DNA of 62,771 nt, filler included, from Sphacelaria rigidula (lineage: Eukaryota): assembly GCA_964200075.2 (NCBI GenBank). It is 6 parts of 6 records of this genome, joined end to end, with 100 filler letters (N's around TTAATTAATTAA, not from the genome) between each part and the next. Parts side by side here need not be neighbours in the genome. Positions count along the whole stretch, not along the records: positions 31,438 to 41,815 come from CAXNAA020006614.1; positions 41,916 to 52,293 come from CAXNAA020006615.1; 4 more parts are not named here. One strand, given 5' to 3'. Below are positions 38,440 to 50,303 of the stretch, in pieces; position 1 is the first letter of the stretch, and each line of letters starts with the position of its first letter. The position numbers were made by a program, and so were the translations under genes. The notes under the pieces are model-generated. The model saw only the letters and a list, made by a program, of their open reading frames with translations, was not told the DNA's origin and did not search any database.

Positions 38440-39640
38440 GCAGGAATAAGTCGTACGCTGCTTGCTCAGCACCAGGGTCGTAGTTCCACTACGGTGTGGC
38501 ACGAACCTACTGCTGCAGAATATATGGTTTCGAAAAAGCATGACAGTAGCCGGTGTCCCAATGCTGCACCAGTGTGTAAAATTCCCCACCGCGCAACGGA
38601 GGACTTGCGCGATACCCACTCAGTTCAACGCACCCATGGGGTACGTGAACTCGACCATGATGACATCCTCGATGACAGTAATCAGCTTGTCGTTCGTGGC
38701 CTGGAAGACGCCAACACATGGTAAGACACGAGGGTGGGGCGCGGGAAACGGATGTGTCCTGTTAGTATTGGAGCACACGAAGACAGGAGAGGTGGACCAT
38801 GAGGACAGCGCCGGCATCAGGCGGAACCACGATCGACAAAGAACGAGGTTGTATGGACCCATTGCCTTCGGTCTATGTTACGGCAAAGCCAGGGAAGAAG
38901 CATACTAATTGGAAATTGCCTGCTCGGTGGATAGATGGAAGATCGCCAGGGTCTGCTTCGCTCTGGGGGTTGGGTGGTCAGCGCTGGAGTTATGGAAATG
39001 GGCTGACGCCGCCGCCTTTACCGTCGGTGACAAACGCTGACATCTCTTCATGACGTCCGTTTTGGCGCTACTTCGTGAATCTCGACGCTCGTGTTGAGTT
39101 GGCGGGACCCCTCATAACGGTCCGCCGTGATGCAATAAGTTTATGCCAGCTACATCGAATCTTTCGGGGAGTCGCGGCAAGGCCCAGCACGGCTGTCGCT
39201 AGGGGTAGCAACCGCTGGATTTCTTCCGCACAACGTTCGCGCACCTTCCTCATCACTGTGTCGTACCGTGGCCCACGACAGGGAGGTTCCGAATATTTTT
39301 GTCGATGATCATGTTGAACTCCTGACAAGACTTCAACAGCGGTGTGCGTGGGCGAGAATACAGTACGCCGATAAGTTCCGGTGCCGTCATGGGCGACCCC
39401 GTGGGCGACAAGTGCTGTAAGCGAAAACCTGGAGGGGTGAATTTGCCGTTCGCGAGTGAACACAACAGGCAGAATAATCTACCAATGCATGCCGATAATC
39501 ACGGATCCCCGCCGCGGATTAAAATGACCTGCACGAGTGCGGCACGTGATGTGAACTCATGGGTATTGGTACCGCCGGGTATACCGTAAAACGGAGACCT
39601 GGGGTTGTACCAAAACGAGTTAAATCGAATGCAGGTGGTT
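38440..39640 (+). pseudogene. Decayed ALOG-like domain + tyrosine recombinase of a DIRS1-type retroelement
   Basis: ALOG-like segments GRSSTTVWHEPT..RCPNAAPVCKIPHR and NTW*DTRVGRGN.C.LLVLEH.K...DHEDSAGI. These are followed by YR-like segments ADAAAFTVGDKR, ITVRRD..LC, EYFCR, LPMHA.. and HVM*THGYW...VY in the expected order across frameshifts. Confidence 0.55.
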
Positions 39641-40760
39641 CGACATACGAAATGTGCCGAAGTTTTCTTTGCACATTTCATCCGCCGGGGCTACGAGCTG
39701 GGCCAGCCAACAATGGGTGGCTTTCTCACTCAGGCGACGCATGGCGCGATTTTAGGAGTAGGACACTGAAATTTAGACAGCAGCTTTTAATGATCAAAAT
39801 GTAGAAGATCACGTCAGCAGCAAAGAAAAAAAGGAAAAAGAAAAGAAGTTATGGGGACTTGAAATCTCAGCAAAAACAAGATAATGTCATGAGTCCAGCA
39901 AATAAATGAGAATCTGCAGCTGCTCACGTGAAGTATCATTTCCTTGGGTGCAGAAGGTCTTCCTGAAATTTCAGCTCAAGAGTCGTCGAATTGGGCCGTG
40001 CGTGCAACATTTTCCGTGACGATGCTGCAGCCCGCTAATACCCAGCACGGGGTGATTATTGATGTAAACTCGCCGCATTAAAAAAAATACACACACACAC
40101 TCCGACACACTATCGCTCAACGATATGATACGCACCCTGTACTCTACGCAGTACAATAACGTCATCGGCAATACGACGCCAACCGAACAGCGATGCAGTC
40201 GTTTGTCATTAGGTGGGTCTGCAGTTCACAGTGATATGCTTACATCGGGTTCATCCGGGAAACTGCAAAAGCTGTGGTGTAGGCAACTTTTAGCCGCTTT
40301 CAAGCTGGCCCAGTTGATAGCAGCAGGAGGATTGACAGACGACATGACGTCCTTCATCTGCGGCGACACGAGTCATTATTCTCGCAGCGTTATCGATGTG
40401 CATATAACGACGCGACCACCTCTGATGATCGGTTGCACGGCCGACGCGCTCGATTTCGAGTTTCACTACCTCAACTCCAAACGAACGGGGCCAACACCAG
40501 CGGTGTTGGCCGCATGCATACCTCCAGTATCCATGGGCGGTGTCCATCGGAGTGTAGACTGCTCCCTGTGTCAACGGTCCGAGTTGGGGGGTTGCGGTGC
40601 AGGTGAATACAAAGGGCAAAGTGAGCGGTGTACCGTTGTGTGTTGTTGTCACCCGTGCGGAGGAGTTGTTGCAGCCGTTGGGCAGTACAGATGCTATCGC
40701 GCGGAGTCTTCGAGGCCATGGTCCCTAATTCGTGCGGTACCGGGTGTACAAGAGGACAGG

Positions 40761-41185
40761 ACAGACCATTCTAAAAAATAAGGCTGTACACTAAAAGGAG
40801 GTTCAAGCCCAAAACAGTGCAGTCTTCACACTTTCGGTGATGGTGCCCGATTAATATTTTGTCGACCTGATGCCCTCGATCGCGTAGATAATTTTTCAGC
40901 GCATTTTGCTGACTCTGTGAGCTTACAGCGCTGACCGAAACCGTCATTTTCCCTGGTTCTTGAGGGGGGGGGGAGGGGGGGGCTGATATCGGGGAAAATG
41001 AGGGTTTCGCTCAGCCCGGTAAGCCCACAGAGTTGGTAAAATACGCTGAAAAATCATCTACGCGATCGAGGGGCATCAGGCCGACAAAATCGTCATCGGG
41101 CACCATCGCTGAAAGTGTGAAGACAGGACTGTTTTGGGCTCGAACCTCATTTTAGTATACAATCTCATTTTTTAGAATTGTCTGT
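40761..41185. mobile_element. Foldback MITE (425 bp, about 190-bp arms)
   Basis: ACAGACCATTCTAAAAAA...CATTTTCCC versus GGGAAAATG...TTTTTTAGAATTGTCTGT; the arms align throughout. Confidence 0.85.
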
Positions 41186-41815
41186 TACAGTACACAGTAC
41201 AGGACGAGTACAGCACAGTGCAGTACCCTACACTACATCAATACAAGAATACATAGTATGCGATACAACACACATGCACGATACACGACACGAAGTCTAC
41301 AAGGGCATGGAGTCTGCAGAATGAGAGCACAAAAGTGCGGGACGATGGGGCTCACTTCTCGTGCGTACAAACTAGCGAAAATGATATCTCGTTTCTCCGT
41401 TTGGCAGGGTCGTGGATGATGCCGCAAGATCCTGCAGGGGTTAATTTGGGTGTATTCAGTATGAATACGAGGTTTGTGTTGGCGGATGACGAGTTATAAG
41501 GGATGTACTCTGGCGTATGCCGAAGTTGAAATAAGATATAAGCGATCGCGTGTCCAAGGCGCAAACGCCGCAGCGTTGGTTCAAGCGGGCGAGACTGGTC
41601 TGGTGCAAGAGTACCGAAGAAGCAGACAGTACCACTCGAGACCAGTTGAACAGGCAGCGACACGCCAGCAGTCTCAGTAGTACAGTAGTCCCTGGCACTT
41701 GATCGATTTTACAATGGACAACACACCAACATCGGGAGCAGCAGCAGCAGCGGGAGGAGCAGCTTCGCAAAGCCAAGGCCAACACCCCCATAGCACAGCA
41801 GGAGCTCGAGCATCG

Positions 41816-41915
41816 NNNNNNNNNNNNNNNNNNNNNNNNNNNNNNNNNNNNNNNNNNNNTTAATTAATTAANNNNNNNNNNNNNNNNNNNNNNNNNNNNN
41901 NNNNNNNNNNNNNNN
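41816..41915. other. Artificial contig spacer
   Basis: Same 100-bp N/TTAATTAATTAA linker. Confidence 0.98.
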
Positions 41916-42252
41916 TCTTTTGCCCATTGACCTCGCATCCCTTTCGAGGCGGAGCCCCCTTCCTCCTCCTAATAGAGACACCTCCAATATTCTGGCGCTC
42001 ATTACTTTCCTTCCGTTCGGGGGAGGGGAGGGGGGTATCTTCCAACAGTTTGGTTCGATACGAACTGTTAGTACGTTGATAAATTGCCCTGTGTCCAGGG
42101 TGCTTCCAATTTCAAGTCATTTCGGTGTTCGTGACGTTGCCGTCTCGGATTCTGGTGGTGAAACCGGAGTGGTCTCGGCTGGGCCCTTCTACTCTAAAGT
42201 GAAGAGGTCTGCCCGTAACTTATTGTGTATTTTACACGTGGTATCTATCTTC

Positions 42253-42511
42253 CATGGTTCGGACGAATCATCGCCGATTCGAATCACCAAATCCACGAGT
42301 TCTTAGGCCTGATTGCTCGAAAGAGAAAACAAAGTCGAGCGCTGGTCAAACAGGCCTCCACGCAACGTTTGCGCCATTCCACGAGCCTGGGCTACGCGTA
42401 CCTGGGTTGCAACGCTGAAAACAAAGCCTAAGGATCGATTCGTACGGTACGAATGAATTACACTAAGAATCGAATGATTTCCGGACGAATCATTGATTCG
42501 TCCAACCCTTG
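42253..42511. mobile_element. hAT-type MITE (259 bp)
   Basis: TIR CATGGTTCGGACGAATCA / TGATTCGTCCAACCCTTG and a perfect 8-bp TSD CTATCTTC (42245-42252, 42512-42519). Confidence 0.88.
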
Positions 42512-43109
42512 CTATCTTCATACGGTTGGCAGTGGAGGGACTGGTGGACTCGTTTCAGTACCAAAACGCCCAGGTATTTATCATCATGTAAATGCTTCGT
42601 CTTGTGTCTCCTTCGAATCACTTGTTTCATACTGCCTGTACTGCAGTATGGTTACATCCTAGCATCTCCTGACAAAAGCTACGCTTCCCACGCCTCGTAC
42701 ATAGTTCATGATAACCAGAGCATGTCGGTGGCGTACATATAATGCATATCCGTTTTTGAACTGGTACGGTGTACTTTTTGGTACAACACGCAGCATGCGG
42801 GGGTTCTCTCGAAAAGCAATTGGTTCACCATAATTTAAGTGCAACAACGATGGACTCGCTGGCATCTCTTCTGCGTGGTATCGAATAAAGCGTTATGAAA
42901 CATGAGGAGCACTACAGTGACAGGCTGCCTCAGGGGAGTGCAGCGCTTTAGTGCACAAGTGCGCTGGCACGATGTCGACAACACGGAAAACGCTAGCGCG
43001 CGTACTGCTCGAAAATACCTCTCTCCGTGCGTGTAATTTAATTCATTGCGTTCTATTGAATTCAATGCAGAGGTCACCCTAGAGGTGTGGAGCTGACACT
43101 CCTGTGTAC

Positions 43110-43430
43110 CAACCGCATCTTGAGGCATTCGGCGATACTACGTGCTCACTGCACAGCGGTAGGGTGCAGGGTGATAAAGCACACCGCAGGACGTGACATC
43201 CTTAGCCTATTCCTGTCCTGCATTGATCTCGCGTTGTCCTATGCAGTTCGCCACATCATGAACGCAGCCGCTTGTATCTGCGGCAATCGTGTAGGCGGGA
43301 TATCACACCACGCGCTACAGTATATCGCTACGTCACATTTTGCAAAGCTGTACGTGTTGCAGCTACAGCGTGCGTTTGCCCCTGGTGGCGCACGCAGGAG
43401 TGAAAGGCCGCTTCCGCCGCTGTAATGGCT
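43110..43430 (+). repeat. Dispersed repeat, copy 1
   Basis: Aligns in reverse orientation with 62205-62530. Both translate to LSLFLSCI..MNAAAC..YIAT.HF..RAFAPGGARRS. Confidence 0.8.
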
Positions 43431-46400
43431 GCTTGTATTTTGGGCGAAGCTGAATGGTAATACAGCCGTGGCTGGTGCGCCCACATATACCGAAAAGTGG
43501 AGACGGGCGTCCGGACTAGATGGGACGACAACACGCACAACACACTGTACGCATTACACTTCCAACATCGTGTTAGTACTGACTGTAGAAATCGTTTGTC
43601 CACAGTTGGGTACATTTCCATATATAATCGAGGGTCTGGTATGTTTCCACTTGTACAGGCTGGGCCGCCCAAGAAACTCACTTTCCTTTAGCTTGTTCTA
43701 ACTCACGATGTATCGCGAGTTGTGGCCACTATGACACATCGTGGTAATCGGCAATTCAGCGTGCGTCTTCAAACCCATGTAGCACTGCGAGCCGACAAGG
43801 TCTCATCAAACAAAATACCAAACTGTGAACAAGAGCGAAAGTGTAGAGAGTGGAGGGTACTATATAACAGAGGATTCTATAAAATGAGGTTCATCATTGA
43901 AATGAGGTTTGAAGACCCTAGCTGTTTAATGACAAAAAGCCCTCAAGAGTACCGCACGACGGCGCTGATGTGCAATTTTGGGGAGGAGTAGGAAGTGCAT
44001 CCGTGGTTGCACGTGCCGCCCATCCCTGCTTAGGTGCGGGCGACGGACCGTAACAATGTTGTTTGCTTGATTTTCGACGATATTCTCGCTTTTCTTTGTC
44101 TCAAGGCCCATGTCCAAAACAAATCTCAGGCGTCAAGTTGCTCGTCAGTGACGTGCTGGGGGGATACTACTGCCAACGCAGTGATGTGCCGAGCGGATGA
44201 TTGGGCGTCCACTGTCCTGAAGAAGGGCCCATAAAAAAGCATCACTGATCTCCTTCTTCGACGGTCGATGCACAACTTTAACAGTAGATTGCACGAATGT
44301 ACCGTACTGCAAATACCGGTCGAGCTTTCCAATCCGGTTTGAGCATATATGATGCAGCAATGTCTCAGTCGAAAGAAAAATCGTTTGCATCCACCCCAAA
44401 ACCGCTTCGTATGGTCCCGTCATACACCCCATCGCAACACCCCACCCATACTACATGACGGCATCTCGACCCCGCCCTGAACTGTACGTTCGAGTCCACA
44501 TTCGACCTGTATGCGAACCTATCGCTCTCACTCTCTAACTGCGCCACTACAACTCGAGACTCCAGCGTCATCACTATTGCTGTTGCAATCACCACCATCA
44601 TCACCATCGCCATCACTTCCAGGAGTCCGTGAAGCACTCGTCATGATATTTTCGGTCGTGTCTCCCGGACCCCGAACCAGCAATCCTCCCGGCGTAGTGT
44701 CTGTGGGCGGCGCTGATGGGAGCAGCGTCGGCCTCACGTACACCTCGCCGCTGATATCATACTACCGGCAAGGTGACGCATGAACACACGCGAGGTCGAA
44801 GTCATTGGCGTGAGCTTCATCTGGCACATCAGATATATATATATATATATAAGTTGGGAGTAATCAAATCCGATCCGGTGCCTGCACGTCGGCCAAAGAC
44901 GCGGACTAAGGATCGCGACACCTCCAGCAAGCATTCGGTTTTTCGGGGGCTTGCCTTGAACATCCCCGACATGAAAGCCTTTTGGAAGGTCCTCTTCATA
45001 CGGCCCCCAACCTCGGTCGCGATACCGCGGTGGTGGACGAAGAGCTCCTTGGGACGATCAAGCTCGAGCGCGACCTCCAGTAGCTACGTGCTCTCCACCC
45101 CAATCCCCATCACGGCATCTCCTGCCAGGGGGTACCTGTCCGACGACAGTACGATGATCCCGACGTCATGAATTATTCACCACAGCTCAAAACGCCAATC
45201 ACTGTGACGAGCATTTTGAATTCGATTATTCCCGCTCAAAGCTTGGATGAGACTTGTACCAACATGTATTACCCCGCAAGGGACGTGCAGGGGGAGGGGG
45301 GGAGGGGGGCGCCCTAGCCGACAGATGTTCTATGTACTTCGTTGCGTTCTCAAATCTTGTAATAATGTTCAGTCGTGGCGAGAAAGCGAGGAACCGCGTA
45401 GTCATTTCCCTTGTCAAAAAAGAGCCGTCAAAAACGTGCGCACGGATTGCCTGCAGATACCTTTTTTCCCACTCCGCGGTGGTGTTCATCTTCAAAGCTT
45501 ATCGTCGACCCCAGGGACACGTACGTGCGAGTCGCAAAAGTTGGGAAGTCCCATCCCGCCGGGGCGATGCCGAGTGCGAAGGAGGTGTGGTGGTGACATA
45601 AACCTCTTCGCGAGCCACGACCGTGTGGGAGTCGTCAGGGTGGGAGAAACTAGCGTAAAAAAGTGTTGGCGACAGCAACTGCACCGAGGCCGCTCACATG
45701 TGGATACAAACACATACACACGCATGCACACGCCCGAACCCTGGCAACAGTTGACGTGAGGAATGAAAGAGCAGGCGTGTGCACTCTTCCTGCGGCCGAC
45801 TGCCACTTCGGACCGTCATGTAGTGTGTAGCATCATGGTCTGTGTCATACAGCGCGCATGTCACACTTCAGTGCGGTCAGCAATGCGGTACAGCAGCAGT
45901 GTCGGTGGTTGAGCTCGGAACTGATTCAGTCATATATCCCGCAACGTTTGCGGTTGACCGTTAAGCGATATCCTCCGACCTACTCGAGCACGCCACTCAG
46001 GCCGCTTCTCACGAGCTCGGCCAGCCGAGAAGTGGATTTGAAATTTGTAGGCCCATGCTCCCATCAATATCTAGATTTGGCCCCTGAAATGTGGTACTTA
46101 CAACGAATGGGGCATAAAAAATAAATGATCTCGGTACCGAAAGCTTTTCCATGCTAATTTCCAAATCACAATTCTCAAAATTGAGCCAAAACATTGAGAT
46201 AATCTCGTTTCTCCCGAAGACTCCACTAAAAACACGACAAAAATGAAAAAAATGAAGGGAGGAAGCTCTTTTGATTTTTTTTGCCTGAGGTTATTGGGAC
46301 AGAGCGGGCAAGGAGCAGAAGCAGATATTTTACGAACAACGCAAAGCCCATCAGACTTTTCGGTTTTTGTCAGTGTTCATTGATCATTTTTTTGCGACAA

Positions 46401-48947
46401 AATCAACAGAAAAAAATCAAACCAGGCTTTATTGATGAACTTCTTAAGCATAGTTGACAAAAAAATCATGACATGTTTCATGTTTCGATAAAGTATCCTC
46501 CAGGGGGGGGGGTAGGTGCCGGAAACATTTCTCCGCGCTGCCCCCTAGTTACACACGCGTATACAACACAAGTATACCACACCTTGAGGGTATATCTGTA
46601 TGATGTGGGTGGCTCGTCCCTATATCCAGAAATCTAGAGGGATATCGGATGCAATCTTGGGTACGCATAGGATAGCCCAAATATCCGGATATGATAGTCC
46701 TTATTCGAGATTGCAGATAAATGCGAGAATTTTTCACCCAATATATAAGCTAAACCCTTGCGGTCCGTCATGTTGAAGCATACGACCGGCCTGGCATCTC
46801 CTTGGCGTATATCATAATTCGTGTATATTTCTCGGCGATTTACATGTATTATGTTCCTCGTCTTGTACCATTTTCTGCTCCTTTCATGAACGTGGAATAT
46901 ATATATATTTTTTTTACGAATGTCAAATGTGACGCAACGCAAATCCAAGCCAGAGCGTCACATTTGTTCATGTGTTCATCGCTGCTACTTCATTCCCTAC
47001 TACACGCCTCTTCTAATTTCCTCTGAACTTCGTGCTATACGCAAAGCCCGACGCCTGTCCCTGTTGGTCCGACTACAGTCTTCATGTACTTTTTACCCCG
47101 ATCGTAAGTACTCTGTTCAGAATTAGATTTGTACGTCGAAAGTTATGCTATTTTGGTAGGCTAATAGTACGGTAGGGGATCACGACGGGAGCCCTGATTT
47201 GACTTGACTTTTGAGCCGAGCTCCCCACGTGATCCCCGTCCCCCACGGTAGTACTAGCCTGGCTCAACTCTCGACGTAAAACGTGAGGCTCGAGATTGGC
47301 CGCTGAACCAAACTTTGTGCGCAAAAATCTGTACTTGCCGACCCCCGCCGGTTTGGGATAGGAACATGAAAAATCCTCATCACATGACAAAAAAACTATA
47401 GGAAACCTCCGATCGATACATTCAGCGGGTGACGACGATTTTTGGCGTGCAAATTTCCTGGAGCACGGAGATGCGATACATACGCTCACCTTCACCCAAT
47501 TCGTAGTCGGAATCTTCCCTCGCCCGACAGCCGCCGCGATTCCTGAGATATGCAGTGTCGAAATGGGCGCATCGACACGCATTGACGGGCGGTGGTCATT
47601 GTGTGTCATGCATTATGGTTTGGCGTGTATGTCTGACATGCTCGAATCGTGGAACGGAGGAATTCATGGCCAGCCGCGGATCAGAAAGCCCGTAGACATT
47701 GAGTACTTCCATGGTGGTGCTTCACAATTAGTGTTGGGGTTCAGGTCTATTTCCAGAGCGACGCAACGGCTGTGACTTGACATTCTAAGTGGTTCATGGT
47801 TACGCGCAACCGTTTTAGTACAAAACGGACATCATCCTCCGTTCCCCCCACCACGGCGCAGCCTCGGGTAGCGTCCGGCAGAGTCTCAAGCGAAATTGTG
47901 CCCCCGGCCGAGCCGTGATGGGACACGCGCTACGGTCAACATTCGGTTACACTGCAGCTATAAACTACCCAGGGTTTTTGAGCCAGGTTTTTGACGTCTT
48001 GACTCACCTTCGTAAAATCCTCAGAAATCGCATCCGCTCCGACGTTCTCTTTTCTCGTACGATCTTGTGTGGAGCCGATGGGTAGGAGAATCACGCTAGG
48101 CGCGAGTTGCCGCCTCAGGAATGCCCGGTGTGGCGGGCGGTGTGATATGAAGGGAAGGGCGGGGTGGGGGGGGGGGGCGGGGATTCTTTTTCTTGAGTCT
48201 TGTGCAGACACCTGCACGTAAGGTATCTTCAAGCTCTACCCCTCAGGGCGACGTGCAGATGTGCCAGCGAACATGCGGGTCCATCTGAGTTCATCTGCAC
48301 GTTGTTTTCTTTTGACATGTCGCAGCGCAAGTGCGGTGCTCGATCTTGGCACGACAAGACGGTTGAGGCAAGCTGCTGTAACTACCTCGTATACTATTGC
48401 GTCCGGTCCCCGCCATCAAGAATACTTCCGAGGAACCCCGGCGATGCAATTTTCCCAAATACTACCCATGTACACCGAATATAGTTGCAAAAACTTCTGC
48501 CCCGCAGAGTTATTACCACCGAAGCACAGACTTGAACTCGAAATTTCATTGTCCATCTGTAATGAGTATTCTGGCGGTTATATGCCCCTAAGTGTGCACA
48601 GATGATCAAGGGGGTTTCGATTGATGCTGTACATATGCCCGTATGCCTGTGAACAGTGCTTCAAAGTGCCACCTAAATATTGTGGTTTAGACAGAGTATT
48701 GGCTCGCTGGGGTGCGACCGTCCCCTCGAGATCGATTTTCAGACCCATGGACCTAGCACAACACCAGCCACTCTTTCCCGCATTCGCTCCATAAACAGCA
48801 GTCTTCACTCCCCACCATGCCCTTGACCGAAGCCGGCCGCCTTGTTCTCGCGCGTTTTGCAGAACACTCCAGGTGAGGGGGGTTGTCGCTGGGTCACGCC
48901 AGGTGGCTACATACGATGGTGCGTGGGTTTGTTTCTGGTTCCCCTGT

Positions 48948-49370
48948 TGTCATGAAGACAAGCAGCATTGAGTTTTCAATGTTCGGATTTTGGATGACGG
49001 GTCTGATCGGAGGGCCAGATATAGTGTGTACACTTATAAAAAGGGTATGAGCAGCAGTTCAGAGCGCACTCTTAGGTACTGTTTTCGAGCACCCAGGAGC
49101 TATCAACATCTGACTATTGTCCGATTGTTGAGCCACAAGCGTGGAAGAGCATTGAGCAAGAAGAAGAGCATTGAGCAAGAAGAAAAAGCATTGAGCAAGA
49201 AGAAAAAGCATTCTATTAACAAGAGCCTTGAGTCAAGTAGACATCAACCTATTGTGCGTGAACTCCTCACGAGTTGTGCCCCAGATAAGGAGTCTGACGT
49301 GCCGTGCTGGACGCGTTTCTGCACCCAAATTGAGAGTGCCCCTCGGTTAAAGCACCATAACATCGTGACA
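48948..49370 (+). mobile_element. 5' LTR (423 bp) of an LTR retrotransposon
   Basis: TGTCATGA...TCGTGACA termini (7/8 inverted match), TATAAAA at about 49035 and an internal AGCATTGAGCAAGAAGA triplication. It is followed by PBS-like TT-TGGCGTTGACTCGG. Confidence 0.75.
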
Positions 49371-49372
49371 TT

Positions 49373-49388
49373 TGGCGTTGACTCGGAG
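49373..49388 (+). promoter_or_regulatory. Primer-binding-site-like sequence
   Basis: TGG (complement of tRNA CCA) starts 2 nt after the LTR-terminal CA. The cognate tRNA was not identified. Confidence 0.6.
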
Positions 49389-50303
49389 TTTCTGCTTGGT
49401 TAGCTTTGATACCTTTCACCTTGCTAGTACCCTCGCTCTATTGTTTTCTTGTGCTTTCCCTGCGTTTGTGTTTGTTCACTCAGTTGGACTACTGTCAGAT
49501 TCTGTTTCATTTACTCTCGTACAGTTTTGCTTTTTCCAGCAGCGTCTCGTTTCATCAGTCGCTTTTTGTGCACGTGCCCCCCCTCCCCCTCCAGCCCTTT
49601 GCCTTCCACCCCGTCTGCCAACCCCTCTTGTGACCTTCCCCTGGACTTTCTCTCTTCGGGCACTTGTATCGCGTTCGTTTATCTCTCGCAGCGTAAGCTT
49701 TCTTTCTCTTTGGCTGTACTCTGTGATATTTTTGCGTACCCCTGGACTTTCGTACTGTAGATCTGTTTCTACCTCCCGTCGTCACCCAGGTCATTCGCCG
49801 ACGTACATCTACTCCTGGTTTCTTTTCCCCCCCCCGTTCACCCCGTCTGGCGATACAGTACATAGCTGCCGTTTGGTCAGCCTTGCGGCCACTCCCCTTC
49901 TTTTCCCCACATACAGCAGTCGTGTTAACCCATCCTCTACTATTTTTTTCGCTCCCCTGTTTTTCGTTCTGCTCTCTTGGTGTAGGTGTATTCGTGTGCA
50001 TCTGTCCTAGTTTCTGGAATTCTCACGGAGATCCCCCCCCTGGAATTACTGTCGATTCCCTCCCTCGTCTTGTTTTCCCCGGCACAGTACGCTCTCGCAA
50101 ATCACGAGCTGCTGTTTTCTTGTCTTGGTACCCCTTTCGAGTGTGAAGTTGATTTGTGGTCTTCTACTGCGGAATTATATTATCCCCTTATATTTTTGTC
50201 ACAAAAGTTACAAAAAAAAAATCCTCAGGGTTGCGTTTTAGCTTTGGCTCTTGCTCTACGCTCTTTTTCACGTTGCAGTTACTGTTGCTAGCACACATTC
50301 AAG

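Larger units (their letters stand above)
32214..41440. mobile_element. 9.2-kb interval bounded by long inverted repeats (piggyBac-like CCC..GGG ends, TTGA/TTAA flanks)
   Basis: The outer 44 nt are identical in inverted orientation (CCCCTGCAGGATCTTGCGGCATCATCCACGACCCTGCCAAACGG). Similarity continues for about 200 bp (32214-32425 vs 41240-41440). Confidence 0.55.

Noticed and set aside
49372-50291. Hydrophobic 100-212 aa ORFs as membrane proteins
   Set aside because: By-products of the T/C-rich LTR leader composition.
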